A stretch of 64,000 nt of DNA from NCBI GenBank assembly GCA_029961055.1, contig JASBVM010000048.1:5600-69599 (forward strand), in the 5' to 3' direction. This DNA is from Bacillota bacterium. GTDB lineage: Bacteria; Bacillota; Sulfobacillia; JAIMAT01. The notes under the pieces were generated by a model that had not been told where the DNA came from, did no database searches, and saw only the letters and a list, made by a program, of their open reading frames with translations. Below, in pieces: positions 51,308 through 60,927 of this stretch. Within the stretch, counting starts at the first letter, position 1, and every line of letters starts with the position of its first letter. The translations under genes and the position numbers were made by a program.

Positions 51308-52366
51308 TCAGCGGTCGCCCCGCCGGCCGGGTTGCGGCTTCCTCCCGTAGAGCCTCTCGTCCACCAGCGCCAGGAGCTCCTCGGCGCTCCCCGCGTCGCG
51401 GCTCTCCGCCACCCCGAAGGTGAAGCCGAGGCGAGGCACCGGGCTGGCCGCCCCCTCCAGGGGGCCGGCGCCACCGGCCTCCAGTTGGCGACCTCTCTCG
51501 GCCTGGGTGAAGAGGGCCACCTCGGCGTTGGCCGCCTGGGTCATCCGCTGGGCGACGCGCTCGGCCACCGCGCGGGCGGTCCGCTCCTCCGTCTCCGGCA
51601 GGAGCAGGATGAACTCGTCGCCGCCGTAGCGGGCGGGCAGGTCGGAGAGGCGGACGGCCTCGGCCATGGCCCGGGCCGCCGCGGCCAGGACGCGGTCGCC
51701 CACGGGGTGGCCCACCCTGTCGTTGACCAGCTTGAAACCATCGGCGTCGAAGAGGACCAGGGAGGTCGGCCGGCCGCTGCGGGCGCTCCGTTCCAGCTCC
51801 TGGCGGAGCTGCTGGAAGAAGTGACGCCGGTTGGCGAGGCCGGTCAGCTCGTCGGTCATGGCCGAGGCGGCCAACGCGTTCTGGAACCGCCTCCGCTCGT
51901 CCGCCAGCGTTCCCAGCGCCCAGCCGGTCACGAGCAGGACGACCGCCAGGGCGCCGTCCAGCGGCAGAAGGTACGGCCGCCGGGCCAGCCCGTCGATCAG
52001 CACCACCAGCGCGGCGGGCAGGACGCCCAGGGCGACCGCCCGTCGCCGGTCCAGCGCCATGGCGTAGAAGAGGAAGGCGAAGAGGTAGAGCGACTGGGCG
52101 TACGGGAGCGGCAGGAGCGCCTGGGCGGCGGCAAGGGTGCCGAAGTCGAGCACCGCCGAGGCCAGCAGCCAGGCGGGGAGGTGCACACGCCGCAGGAAGC
52201 GGACGGAGAGCAGGATGGCCGTCGCGTAGAGGAGGGCGAAGAGCCCGAGGAGGAGGAATTCCAGGCTGCGAGCCTGCGGGACGAGGGTGACGAGGATGGC
52301 CAGGCTGGCCGCCCAGACGGCGAGCCGGGCGAGAGAGGTGGTCTGGCTGGTCTGCCGGCTCCGCAC
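51308..52366 (-). CDS. Membrane-bound diguanylate cyclase
   Basis: Several TM helices; DELTGLANRR, DADGFK.VND..GH, RLSD I-site, RYGGDEF (start 52366 or 52423). Confidence 0.9.
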   Translation of the reverse strand: MRSRQTSQTTSLARLAVWAASLAILVTLVPQARSLEFLLLGLFALLYATAILLSVRFLRRVHLPAWLLASAVLDFGTLAAAQALLPLPYAQSLYLFAFLFYAMALDRRRAVALGVLPAALVVLIDGLARRPYLLPLDGALAVVLLVTGWALGTLADERRRFQNALAASAMTDELTGLANRRHFFQQLRQELERSARSGRPTSLVLFDADGFKLVNDRVGHPVGDRVLAAAARAMAEAVRLSDLPARYGGDEFILLLPETEERTARAVAERVAQRMTQAANAEVALFTQAERGRQLEAGGAGPLEGAASPVPRLGFTFGVAESRDAGSAEELLALVDERLYGRKPQPGRRGDR

Positions 52367-52446
52367 GCCGTGCACCCCCTGGGTCGGAGAGGGTTTCCAC
52401 CGTGTCCATCGACCTCCTGCCATCCCGCCGAAGAGCCTGCGGCTTC

Positions 52447-52475
52447 TTGCCGTACCGAGCCTCCTGTGGTAAAGT
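52447..52475 (+). promoter_or_regulatory. Sigma-A promoter of aro operon
   Basis: TTGCCG-17 nt-TAAAGT with TG extension. Confidence 0.6.
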
Positions 52476-52548
52476 GCAGCGCAAATCCGGCCGCCCCGGG
52501 CGGACGGAGCGGAGCACGGAAAGACGGTAGGGGCTGTGGGAGGTTCCC

Positions 52549-53016
52549 GTGGGCAAGACGGAAAGACGGACTTCCCCCCAGGCGGGTGACGGACGCCTCT
52601 TCGTTGCGGCTGCGCAGGCCGTGACCCGCGGCGTGCGCGGGGCGACCACCGCGGAGAGCGACACGCCGGCGGCCATCCGCGAGGCGACCCAGGAGCTCTT
52701 GCGCGAGCTGAGCCGGCGGAACGGGTTCCGGCCGGAGGAGCTGGCCGCCCTTTTCTTCACCCTTACGCCGGATCTGACGGCGCTCTACCCGTCCAAGGCG
52801 GCGCGCGAGCTGGGCTGGATCCACGTGCCCCTGCTGGATCTGGCACAGGCGCCGGGACCGGGCTCCCCGCCCCTCTGCATCCGGGCGCTGGCGCTCTGGA
52901 ACACCCGGAAGCGGCCGGAGGAGATTCGACACGTCTACCTGCGCGGCGCGGCGGGCTTGCGCCCCGACTTGGCCGGCGACGGGGAGGGGGAGGCGGGTTC
53001 ACCTTGGTCATCGTGA
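52549..53016 (+). CDS. aroH: Chorismate mutase, AroH class
   Basis: RGVRGATT, FTLTPDL, YP..AAR..GW..VPLL, CIRAL, HVYLRGA..LRPDL (start 52549 or 52621). Confidence 0.92.
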   Translation: MGKTERRTSPQAGDGRLFVAAAQAVTRGVRGATTAESDTPAAIREATQELLRELSRRNGFRPEELAALFFTLTPDLTALYPSKAARELGWIHVPLLDLAQAPGPGSPPLCIRALALWNTRKRPEEIRHVYLRGAAGLRPDLAGDGEGEAGSPWSS

Positions 53017-54068
53017 TGCGTGAGGGCGCGGAGGCTGCAGCCGTGGAGCGGGTGGTCCGGGCGGTGGAGGAGCTGGGCCTGCAGGCCCACCGCTCAGACG
53101 GCGAGCACCGCTCGGTGGTGGGTGTCGTCGGGGACGTCAGCCGTCTTTCGGAGGAGCTCTTCCTGCGCCTGCCGGGGGTGGAGCAGGTGGTCCGGCTGGA
53201 GCACCCGTACAAGCTGGCGAGCCGCGCCTTCCGTCCCGAGGGGACGCGGGTCTGGGCGGGGCCGGTGGAGATCGGCGGGCCCGGGATCGCGGTGATGGCC
53301 GGCCCCTGCAGCGTAGAGAGCCGCGAGCAGCTTCTGGAGGCGGCCGAGCGCGTCCGCGAGGCGGGCGCGACGCTCCTTCGGGGCGGCGCGTTCAAGCCGC
53401 GGACCTCGCCCTACAGTTTCCAGGGCCTGGGGGTCGAGGGGCTCCGGCTCCTGGCCGAGGCGCGTCGCCAGACGGGCCTGCCGGTGGTGACCGAGGTGAT
53501 GGCGCCCCAGGAAGTGGAGCTGGTGGCGGAGTACGCGGACGTCCTCCAGGTGGGCACCCGGAACATGCAGAACTTCTCCCTCCTCAAGGAGCTGGGCCAC
53601 GCGGGCAAGCCGGTCCTGCTCAAGCGGGGCATGGCCGCCACCACCGAGGAGTGGCTCCTGGCCGCCGAGTACGTCCTCGCCCACGGCAACCCCGACGTCA
53701 TCCTCTGCGAGCGGGGCATCCGCACCTTCGAGCACGCGACCCGGAACACGCTGGATCTCAGCGCGGTCCCCCTGGTCAAGCAACGGAGCCACCTGCCGGT
53801 GGTGGTCGACCCCAGCCACGCCACCGGCCTCTGGGAGCTGGTGACCCCCATGGCGCTGGCGGCCGTGGCGGCGGGTGCCGACGGCCTCCTCATCGAGGTC
53901 CACCCCGACCCCTCCCAGGCGCTCTCCGACGGACGCCAGTCGCTGCGCCCCGACCGGCTGGCGCGGCTGGTGGCCCAGGCCGACGGCGTGGCGCGGGCGG
54001 TCGGCCGCTGGATCCTCCGGCCGGAGCAGGCCCTCGAGCGGCGGCCTGCCGCAGCCGCCGGCCGCTAG
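53004..54068 (+). CDS. aroF: DAHP synthase class I-beta with N-terminal regulatory domain
   Basis: MAGPCSVES, GGAFKPRTSPYSFQG, RNMQNF, KRG, CERGIRTFE, DPSH, SDG. Confidence 0.95.
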   Translation: MVIVMREGAEAAAVERVVRAVEELGLQAHRSDGEHRSVVGVVGDVSRLSEELFLRLPGVEQVVRLEHPYKLASRAFRPEGTRVWAGPVEIGGPGIAVMAGPCSVESREQLLEAAERVREAGATLLRGGAFKPRTSPYSFQGLGVEGLRLLAEARRQTGLPVVTEVMAPQEVELVAEYADVLQVGTRNMQNFSLLKELGHAGKPVLLKRGMAATTEEWLLAAEYVLAHGNPDVILCERGIRTFEHATRNTLDLSAVPLVKQRSHLPVVVDPSHATGLWELVTPMALAAVAAGADGLLIEVHPDPSQALSDGRQSLRPDRLARLVAQADGVARAVGRWILRPEQALERRPAAAAGR

Positions 54069-54080
54069 GAGGCGGCCGCC

Positions 54081-55001
54081 GTGCGCGAGCGGGCGGTGGC
54101 CATCCTCGGCCTCGGCCTGATCGGAGGCTCCATCGGCCGCGGCCTCGCCGGCCTGACGCGGCGACTCGGCTACGACCCCGACCCGGAGGCGCGCCGTCTC
54201 GCCGTGGAGGGGGGCGCGGTGGACGAGAGCCACCCGGAGCCGGGCCCCTGGCTGGGCGAGGCTTCCATGGTCCTCCTCGCCGCCCCGGCGGGCGCCCTGC
54301 CGGAGCTGGCGGCCCGGGCGGCGCCGTGGCTGGCGCCCGACGCGGTGGTCACCGACGTGGCCGGCGCCAAGGCGCGCGTGGCGGCGGCGCTGGCTCCCTT
54401 GCTCCCGCCGGGCCGGTACGTGCCCGGCCACCCGATGGCCGGGAGCGAGCATTCCGGCGGGCGTTACGCCGAGGCCGGCCTCTTCCGCGACGCCGTCTGG
54501 TTCCTCTGCCCGCCGCCGGGGTTGCAGGCAGGGGGCGGGGCCGAGGCCGAGGGCGAGAGCGCCTGGCGGCGGGTGGCGGCGCTGGTGGAGCGGCTGGGAG
54601 CGCGGCCGCGGCGCATCTCCGCGGAGGAACACGACCGCTGGGTCGCCCGGACGAGCCACCTTCCTTATCTGGTCGCGGCGGCGCTGGCCGAGGTCGCGGC
54701 CGAGGAGGATCCCGCGGAGATCCGCCAGGCGGTGGCGGGCGGCTTCCGCGACACCACCCGGGTGGTGGGGATGGATCCCGGGGTGGGCGCCGGCATGTGC
54801 CTTTCCAACCGGGACCAGCTGCTCCACGCCCTGGACCGTTTCCACGCGGCGCTGGACCGGCTCGAAGAGGCGCTCCGCCAGGACCGGGCGGAGGAGATGA
54901 GCGCGCTCCTGGCGCGGGCCCGGGAGGCGCGGGCGGTACTGCTGGAGGCGGGGGGCGGCGAAAGGGAGTCGCCGGTCTCCGCGGGGGGTGAGCTGCGCTG
55001 A
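54081..55001 (+). CDS. tyrA: Prephenate/arogenate dehydrogenase
   Basis: GLGLIGGS, TDVAGAK, GHPMAGSE, EHD...A.TSHLP, GGFRDTTR. Confidence 0.92.
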   Translation: MRERAVAILGLGLIGGSIGRGLAGLTRRLGYDPDPEARRLAVEGGAVDESHPEPGPWLGEASMVLLAAPAGALPELAARAAPWLAPDAVVTDVAGAKARVAAALAPLLPPGRYVPGHPMAGSEHSGGRYAEAGLFRDAVWFLCPPPGLQAGGGAEAEGESAWRRVAALVERLGARPRRISAEEHDRWVARTSHLPYLVAAALAEVAAEEDPAEIRQAVAGGFRDTTRVVGMDPGVGAGMCLSNRDQLLHALDRFHAALDRLEEALRQDRAEEMSALLARAREARAVLLEAGGGERESPVSAGGELR

Positions 55002-55003
55002 GG

Positions 55004-56281
55004 GTGGAGCCGCTCGACCGGCCGCTGCGGGCTGTGCTCCGGCCGCCCGGGGACAAGTCGGTCTCGCACCGGGCGCTCCTCCTGGCGGCTGCGGCCAAGG
55101 GGCGCTCGCGCATCGCGGGGCTCGGCCCGGGCGCCGACGTCAGGAGCACGCTGCGCGCCCTGGCGTGCTTCGGTCCCCGTTTCGAGGAGCGCGACGGCGC
55201 CTGGGAGGTGGAGAGCCCGGGGCTCGACGGCTGGCACGAAGCGGAGGACGTGATCGACTGCGGCAACTCCGGCACCACCCTCCGGCTCCTCAGCGGCCTC
55301 GCCGCGACACGGCCCTTCCTGACGCTCCTGAGCGGCGACGGCTCGCTCCGGCGCCGGCCGATGGACCGGGTGGCGGAGCCGCTCCGCGCCATGGGCGCGC
55401 GGGTCGACGGGCGCGGGGCGGGCCGCTACGCCCCCCTGGCGGTGCGCGGCGGCGAGCTCCGCCCGCTCCGCTGGCGCAGCCCGGTGGCCAGCGCCCAGGT
55501 CAAGTCGGCGATCCTCCTGGCCGGCCTGCGCGCCGGGGGCGAGACGGCGGTGGAGGAGCCGGCGCCCAGCCGGGACCACACCGAGCGGCTCCTCGCCTGG
55601 CTCGGCCTGCCGGTGGCGACCGAGGGGCGGCTCGTCCGCCTGGCGGGTCCCGCCACCCCTCCGCCCTTCCGGCTGGAGGTGGCGGGGGATCCTTCCAGCG
55701 CCTTCCCCTGGGCGGTTCTGGCCGTCCTGACGCCGGGCTCCGAGCTGGAGGTGGAAGGGGTGCTCCTCAACCCGCTCCGCCTGGGCGGATACCGGCTTCT
55801 CCAGCGGATGGGCGCCGACGTGGAGTTCCTGCCCGAGCGCCAGGAGGCCGGCGAGCCGGTGGGACGGATCCGGCTCCGCTCCTCCCCGCTCCGCGCCGTC
55901 CGCGTGGACGAGGACGAGGTTCCGGCGGCGGTGGACGAGCTGCCCCTCCTGGCCGTGGCCGCCTGCGCGGCCGACGGCGAGAGCCACTTCCGGGGGCTGG
56001 GGGAGCTGCGCGTCAAGGAGAGCGACCGCGTGCGCGCCATGGCCGAGGGGCTGGCGGCCATGGGCCTTCCCGTCACGGAGGAAGGCGACGGCTGGCGTGT
56101 GCGCGGTCCGGGGCGCGCCCGCTCGGCGCGCGTCTCCAGCCTGGGCGACCACCGCGTGGCCATGGCGCTGGCGGTGGCGGCCTGGGCGCTCCTCCGGCCG
56201 GGCGAGGCGGTGGAGCTGGAGGGGGCGGAGAGCGTGGCCATCTCCTACCCCGGCTTCTTCCGCGAGGTGAGGCCGGCGTGA
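55004..56281 (+). CDS. aroA: EPSP synthase
   Basis: PGDKSVSHR, DCGNSGTT.RL, RRPM, SAQVKSA, RDHTE, ELRVKESDR, DHRVAM. Confidence 0.96.
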   Translation: MEPLDRPLRAVLRPPGDKSVSHRALLLAAAAKGRSRIAGLGPGADVRSTLRALACFGPRFEERDGAWEVESPGLDGWHEAEDVIDCGNSGTTLRLLSGLAATRPFLTLLSGDGSLRRRPMDRVAEPLRAMGARVDGRGAGRYAPLAVRGGELRPLRWRSPVASAQVKSAILLAGLRAGGETAVEEPAPSRDHTERLLAWLGLPVATEGRLVRLAGPATPPPFRLEVAGDPSSAFPWAVLAVLTPGSELEVEGVLLNPLRLGGYRLLQRMGADVEFLPERQEAGEPVGRIRLRSSPLRAVRVDEDEVPAAVDELPLLAVAACAADGESHFRGLGELRVKESDRVRAMAEGLAAMGLPVTEEGDGWRVRGPGRARSARVSSLGDHRVAMALAVAAWALLRPGEAVELEGAESVAISYPGFFREVRPA

Positions 56282-57153
56282 TCCGCCTGGCCGTGGTGGG
56301 CGACCCGGTGGCGCACAGCCTCTCGCCCGTCCTGCAGCGGGCCGCGCTGGCCGCGGCGGGCCTGGCCGGCAGCTACACCGCCCTGCGGGTGGAGCGGGGG
56401 AGGCTGGCCGAACGGGCGGCCGAGCTGGAACGGGAGGGCTTCCTCGGGCTGAACGTGACCATGCCGCTGAAGGAAGAGGCGCTGACGCTGGCCGCGGCCG
56501 CCTCGCGCCGGGCGCGCCGGGCGGGGGCGGCCAATACGCTTCGGCGCCGGCGCGAGGGCGGCTGGGAGGCGGAGAACACCGACGTGGAGGCGGTGGCGGG
56601 GGCGCTCCGGGAGGCGGGCTGGCCGCCGGGTCCCTCCCTGATCCTGGGGGCCGGCGGGGCGGCGGCGGGGGCGGCGCTCGCGCTGGGTGAGCTGGGCGCC
56701 CCCCGGGTCGTCTTCCTCGCCCGCAACCGGGCGAGGGGAGAGCGGTTGGCGGCGCGGCTGGCCGCCTTCTACCCGGGCACGGGCTGGGAGGTGGCCGACT
56801 GGCCGACGGGGGGCGCCGCGGAGAATCTGCAGGGCCGGGGCCGGCCGGCGGCCACGCTCCTGGTCCAGGCGACCCCGCTGGGCATGGAAGGAAGCGGGGC
56901 CCTCCACCCCTTCCCCCCGGAACGCTGGCTGGAAGTCCTCGCGCCCGGGGGTTGGGTGCTGGAGATGGTCTACCGGCCGCTGCGGACGCCGCTCCTGGCG
57001 GCCGCCGCGGAGCGGGGCTTCCGCAGCGTCGACGGGCTGGAGCTCCTCCTCCGGCAGGGTGCGGCCTCCTTCACTTACTGGACCGGGCGACCGGCCCCCC
57101 TCCGCGCGATGCGGGCGGCCCTGGAGGAGGTGCTGGCTTGTTCCGCTGGCTGA
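56278..57153 (+). CDS. aroE: Shikimate dehydrogenase
   Basis: GDPVAHSLSP, NVTMPLK, AANT, NTD, GAGGAA, ATPLGM, DGLELL. Confidence 0.93.
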   Translation: MIRLAVVGDPVAHSLSPVLQRAALAAAGLAGSYTALRVERGRLAERAAELEREGFLGLNVTMPLKEEALTLAAAASRRARRAGAANTLRRRREGGWEAENTDVEAVAGALREAGWPPGPSLILGAGGAAAGAALALGELGAPRVVFLARNRARGERLAARLAAFYPGTGWEVADWPTGGAAENLQGRGRPAATLLVQATPLGMEGSGALHPFPPERWLEVLAPGGWVLEMVYRPLRTPLLAAAAERGFRSVDGLELLLRQGAASFTYWTGRPAPLRAMRAALEEVLACSAG

Positions 57154-58391
57154 CCGGGGGCGAGTCCCACGGTCCGGGGCTGACGGTGGTGGTGGACGGG
57201 CTGCCGGCAGGCGTGCCGCTGGCCGCGGAACGGCTTGCGGCGGAGATGGCGCGCCGCCAGCGCGGCTACGGACGGGGCGGGCGGATGCGCATCGAGCGGG
57301 ACCAGGCCCGCTTCCTGGGCGGCGTCCGGCACGGCCGGAGCACGGGAGCCCCTGTCGTCCTCTGGATCGAGAACCGGGACTGGCCGACCTGGGAGGCGGT
57401 GATGGACCCCGCCGGAGCGGCTCCCGCCACCGGGGCCGGCGAGGTCACCGGTTCCGCCCCCCTCACCGCCGCCGAGCGGCGAGCGGCGCCGGTGGAGCGG
57501 CCGCGGCCGGGCCACGCCGACCTGGCCGGGGCGCTCAAGTACGGCCACCGCGACATGCGGGACGTCCTGGAACGGGCGAGCGCCCGGGAGACGGCGGCGC
57601 GGACCGCCGCCGGCGCGGTCGCCCGCGCCTTGCTGGAAGAGCTGGGGATCGAGGTGGGCAGCTTCGTGGAGCGGATCGGTCCCGCCGCCTGGGAGCGAGA
57701 GCCCGCCTTCCCCGCCGATCCGGATCCGTGGCGCCGCTGGGCGGAGGCGGCCGAGGGCTCGCCCGTCCGCTGCCCGGACGGCGCCGCGGGGGCGGCCATG
57801 ATGGCCGCCATCGACGAGGCGCTGCGGGCGGGCGACACGCTGGGAGGCCGCTTCGTCGCCTTCGCCCTGGGCGTCCCCCCGGGCCTGGGCAGCTACGTCC
57901 AGTGGGACCGGCGCCTGGACGGGCGCCTGGCGCAGGCGATCCTCTCCATCCCGGGGGTGAAGGCGGTGGCCGTGGGAGCGGGCGAGAGCATGGCGGAGCT
58001 GCCGGGCTCGCTCGTCCACGACCCGCTCGAGCCCGACCCCCGCGGCCCGCGGCCCGGTCGCTTCCACCGCTCCAGCGACCGGGCGGGGGGGATCGAGGGC
58101 GGGGTGACCAACGGGGAGCCGGTGGTGGTCAGCGGCGTGATGAAGCCGCTGGCCACGCTGCGGAAGGCGCTGCCGTCGGTCCACATGCCCAGCGGCCGCC
58201 CCGGCGACGCGACCTTCGAGAGGTCGGACGTCTGCGTGGTGCCGGCGGCGGGCGTGGTGGCCGAGGCGATGCTGGCCCTGGTCCTGGCCGAAGCGCTGCT
58301 GGAGAAGTTCGGCGGCGACAGCCTGGAGGAGGTCCGCGGACGCCTGGAGGAGCGGCGCCGCGCCTGGGAGGCGGGCTGGCCGTGGGCGTGA
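57138..58391 (+). CDS. aroC: Chorismate synthase
   Basis: GESHG, RRQRGYGRGGRM, PRPGHADL, ERASARETA, GGIEGG.TNG, MKP, ERSD. Confidence 0.96.
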   Translation: MFRWLTGGESHGPGLTVVVDGLPAGVPLAAERLAAEMARRQRGYGRGGRMRIERDQARFLGGVRHGRSTGAPVVLWIENRDWPTWEAVMDPAGAAPATGAGEVTGSAPLTAAERRAAPVERPRPGHADLAGALKYGHRDMRDVLERASARETAARTAAGAVARALLEELGIEVGSFVERIGPAAWEREPAFPADPDPWRRWAEAAEGSPVRCPDGAAGAAMMAAIDEALRAGDTLGGRFVAFALGVPPGLGSYVQWDRRLDGRLAQAILSIPGVKAVAVGAGESMAELPGSLVHDPLEPDPRGPRPGRFHRSSDRAGGIEGGVTNGEPVVVSGVMKPLATLRKALPSVHMPSGRPGDATFERSDVCVVPAAGVVAEAMLALVLAEALLEKFGGDSLEEVRGRLEERRRAWEAGWPWA

Positions 58392-60049
58392 CCGCGGCGG
58401 GCCGGTCGCCGGCCCCGCGCCTGGCGCTGGTCGGGCTGAGCGGGAGCGGGAAGGGGACGGTGGGCCGCCTCCTCGCGCGCAGGCTGGGAGTCCCCTTCCT
58501 GGATCTGGACCGGCTGGTGGAGCTGGAGGCAGGCGCCCCCGTGGCCGCCATCTGGTCGGCGGAGGGCGAGGAAGGCTTCCGCCGCCGCGAGGCGGGCGCG
58601 CTGGAGCGGGCGCTGACGCTGGAGGCGGTGGTGCTCGCCACGGGCGGCGGGACGCCCCTCCTGCCCGGCGCGATGGAGCGGCTCCTCGCCTGGGGAAGGG
58701 TGGTCTGGCTGGACGCGCCGCCCGAAAGGCTGGCCGCGCGGCTCGAGGGAGAGGAGGCGCGGGCGCGGCCGCTCTTCCGGGGGGGAAGGCCGCTGGAGCT
58801 CCTCCGCCGCCAGCTGCAGGAGCGCTCCCCGGTCTACCGGCGCGCGATCCGGGTGGAGGCGGGCGGACCGCCCGGGGAGGTGGCGGAACGGGTCCGCGCG
58901 GCCGCCGCCCTGGGCGAGGACTGCCCGCCCCTCGAACCGCGCCTTCTGCCGGTGGGCGACCGCTACGAGGTGGAGATGAGCCTGGCCGCGCCCGAGCGGC
59001 TGGCAGGCTGGCTGGCGCAGCAGGGCGCCCGCCGGGCGGTGATCCTGGCCGAGCCGCTCACCGCAGCCCTGGCCGGCGTCGAGGTGGAGGAAGCCTGCCG
59101 CCGGCGCGGCCTGCGGGCGGAGCTCCTCCTCTATCCGGGCGGCGAGGAGGCGAAGCGCCTCCCGACGGTGGAGCGCCTCTACCACGACCTTCTCCGCCTC
59201 GGCGCCGACCGCTCCACCTGGCTCCTGGCCGTCGGCGGCGGCGTCACCACCGACCTGGGCGGCTTCGTCGCCGCCACCTTCCTGCGCGGGCTGCCCTGGG
59301 TGGCGGTGCCGACCACGCTGCTCGCCCAGGTGGACGCAGCCATCGGCGGCAAGACCGGCGTCGACCTGGAAGAGGGGAAGAACCTGGTGGGCGCCTTCTA
59401 CCCGCCCCGGCGGGTGGCGGTCGATCTGCGCTGGCTGATGGCGCTGCCGGGTGAGCTCTTCCTCGAGGGGATGGGGGAGGTGGTGAAGGCGGCGATCATC
59501 GCCGGCGAGCCCCTCTTCGGCTGGCTTGAACGGGAGCGCCCGGCGATCCTGGCGCGGCGGCCCGAGGCGCTCCAGACCCTGGTCGCGCGCGCGGCGGCGG
59601 TCAAGGCGGAGGTGGTGGCCGCCGACGAGCGCGAGGCCGGCCCGCGGGAGGTGCTCAACCTGGGGCACACCTTCGCCCACGCCCTGGAGGCGGCCAGCGG
59701 CTACCGGCTCCGCCACGGCGCCGCGGTGGGCGTGGGCCTCCGCCTGGCCGCGCGGCGGGCGGCGGAGGAAGGGCTCCTGCCGGAGACGGAACGGGCGCGG
59801 ATCGAGGCGCTCCTGGACGCCTACGGGCTGGGCGCCCCGCCCGGGCGGCTCGGCGAGGCGGCGCTGGGCGAGGCGCTGGCGGTGGACAAGAAGCGGCGGA
59901 GCGGCCGGCTCCGCCTGGTCCTGCCCAGGGCGGTGGGCGACGTCCGCACCGGCCACGCCTGTGACGCCGCCGACCTGGCGGCGTGGCTGGCCCGCGCCGT
60001 GGAGCGGTTATCCTGGGAGGCGGGGCCGGTGGGCGGTCCGGCTTCCTGA
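58382..60049 (+). CDS. aroKB: Bifunctional shikimate kinase / 3-dehydroquinate synthase (AroK-AroB fusion)
   Basis: GLSGSGKGT, DLD, EGEEGFR, ATGGG; GGGVTTDLGGF, PTTLLAQVDAAIGGKTG, LNLGHTFAHALE, HGAAV, DKK. Confidence 0.93.
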   Translation: MGVTAAGRSPAPRLALVGLSGSGKGTVGRLLARRLGVPFLDLDRLVELEAGAPVAAIWSAEGEEGFRRREAGALERALTLEAVVLATGGGTPLLPGAMERLLAWGRVVWLDAPPERLAARLEGEEARARPLFRGGRPLELLRRQLQERSPVYRRAIRVEAGGPPGEVAERVRAAAALGEDCPPLEPRLLPVGDRYEVEMSLAAPERLAGWLAQQGARRAVILAEPLTAALAGVEVEEACRRRGLRAELLLYPGGEEAKRLPTVERLYHDLLRLGADRSTWLLAVGGGVTTDLGGFVAATFLRGLPWVAVPTTLLAQVDAAIGGKTGVDLEEGKNLVGAFYPPRRVAVDLRWLMALPGELFLEGMGEVVKAAIIAGEPLFGWLERERPAILARRPEALQTLVARAAAVKAEVVAADEREAGPREVLNLGHTFAHALEAASGYRLRHGAAVGVGLRLAARRAAEEGLLPETERARIEALLDAYGLGAPPGRLGEAALGEALAVDKKRRSGRLRLVLPRAVGDVRTGHACDAADLAAWLARAVERLSWEAGPVGGPAS

Positions 60050-60114
60050 GGGTCGCAGGCGTCGACCCGGGACCCCCTTCCGGCCGACGGCGAGCTCGAG
60101 GAGAAGGTGAGGCG

Positions 60115-60927
60115 TTGGATCGGCTCTACGGGGTGGCGGTCCCCGATCTCCGCCGGCTGCCCGCCGGCCTGGAGGCGGGGGCGCTGGTGGTGGCCGCCCC
60201 CTCGCCCCGCGACTGGAGCGGGCTGCTGCGCGAGGCGGAAGCGGTGGCGCGCGGCCGCGGGCTGTGGGTGGTGGTGGCCGGGGCGCGGCGGGAGGCCGGC
60301 CGCCGGCTCCTCTCGGCCGCCTGCTTCGGGCCGGAGGGAGGACCGGTGGCCGTGCAGGACGAGCTCTTCCCGCCCGAGGGCTGGGCGCCGGGCGGGGAAC
60401 TGGCGCTCTTCGACCTGGCGGGTTGGCCGGCGGCGCTGGTGGTGGGGGAGGACATCCTCTGGCCGGAGGTGGCGCGCCTGGCCGCGCTGCGCGGGGCGCG
60501 CCTGCTGGCGGTGGCGAGCCTCTACCCGCCCGGGCGGCCCGCGGGGGCGGACGGGGCGGGGGCCCCGGGGACGGCGGCGGCGCCGCTTCCGGGCGGTGCC
60601 GCGGGCTGGGCGCAAGTGGCCGGCGGTTGGCAGGAAGTCCAGCAGAACCAGGTCTTCGCCGTGGAGAGCCCGCTCTGCGGCCAGCTGGCGGGGCGCTCCT
60701 CCGACGGCCGGCCGGCGGTCTGGGCGCCCTGCGAGATCACCCCCGGGGGCCGCGGCTGGCTCGACTGGAGCCCGGACCCCGAGCGGCCGGCGGCGGCCTG
60801 GCTCGATCCCGGCCAGCTGGCGTCGATCCGGAACGCCTATCCGCTCGAGCGCTTCCTCAACCCTGCGCTCTACCGGGCGCGCCTGGCGGAGGCCTACGAA
60901 CGGCTGACGGGAGGCGAACGTCGGTGA
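60115..60927 (+). CDS. Nitrilase-superfamily-like protein with degenerate catalytic triad
   Basis: ALVVGEDILWPEVAR.AALRGA at the ICxD..FPE position; WQEVQQNQVF; TTG start after GGTGAGG. Confidence 0.65.
   Translation: MDRLYGVAVPDLRRLPAGLEAGALVVAAPSPRDWSGLLREAEAVARGRGLWVVVAGARREAGRRLLSAACFGPEGGPVAVQDELFPPEGWAPGGELALFDLAGWPAALVVGEDILWPEVARLAALRGARLLAVASLYPPGRPAGADGAGAPGTAAAPLPGGAAGWAQVAGGWQEVQQNQVFAVESPLCGQLAGRSSDGRPAVWAPCEITPGGRGWLDWSPDPERPAAAWLDPGQLASIRNAYPLERFLNPALYRARLAEAYERLTGGERR

Noticed and set aside
50850-52600. HutP as regulator of the nearby aro leader
   Set aside because: HutP recognises repeated UAG triplets; the leader has only one TAG, and no hut genes are in the window.
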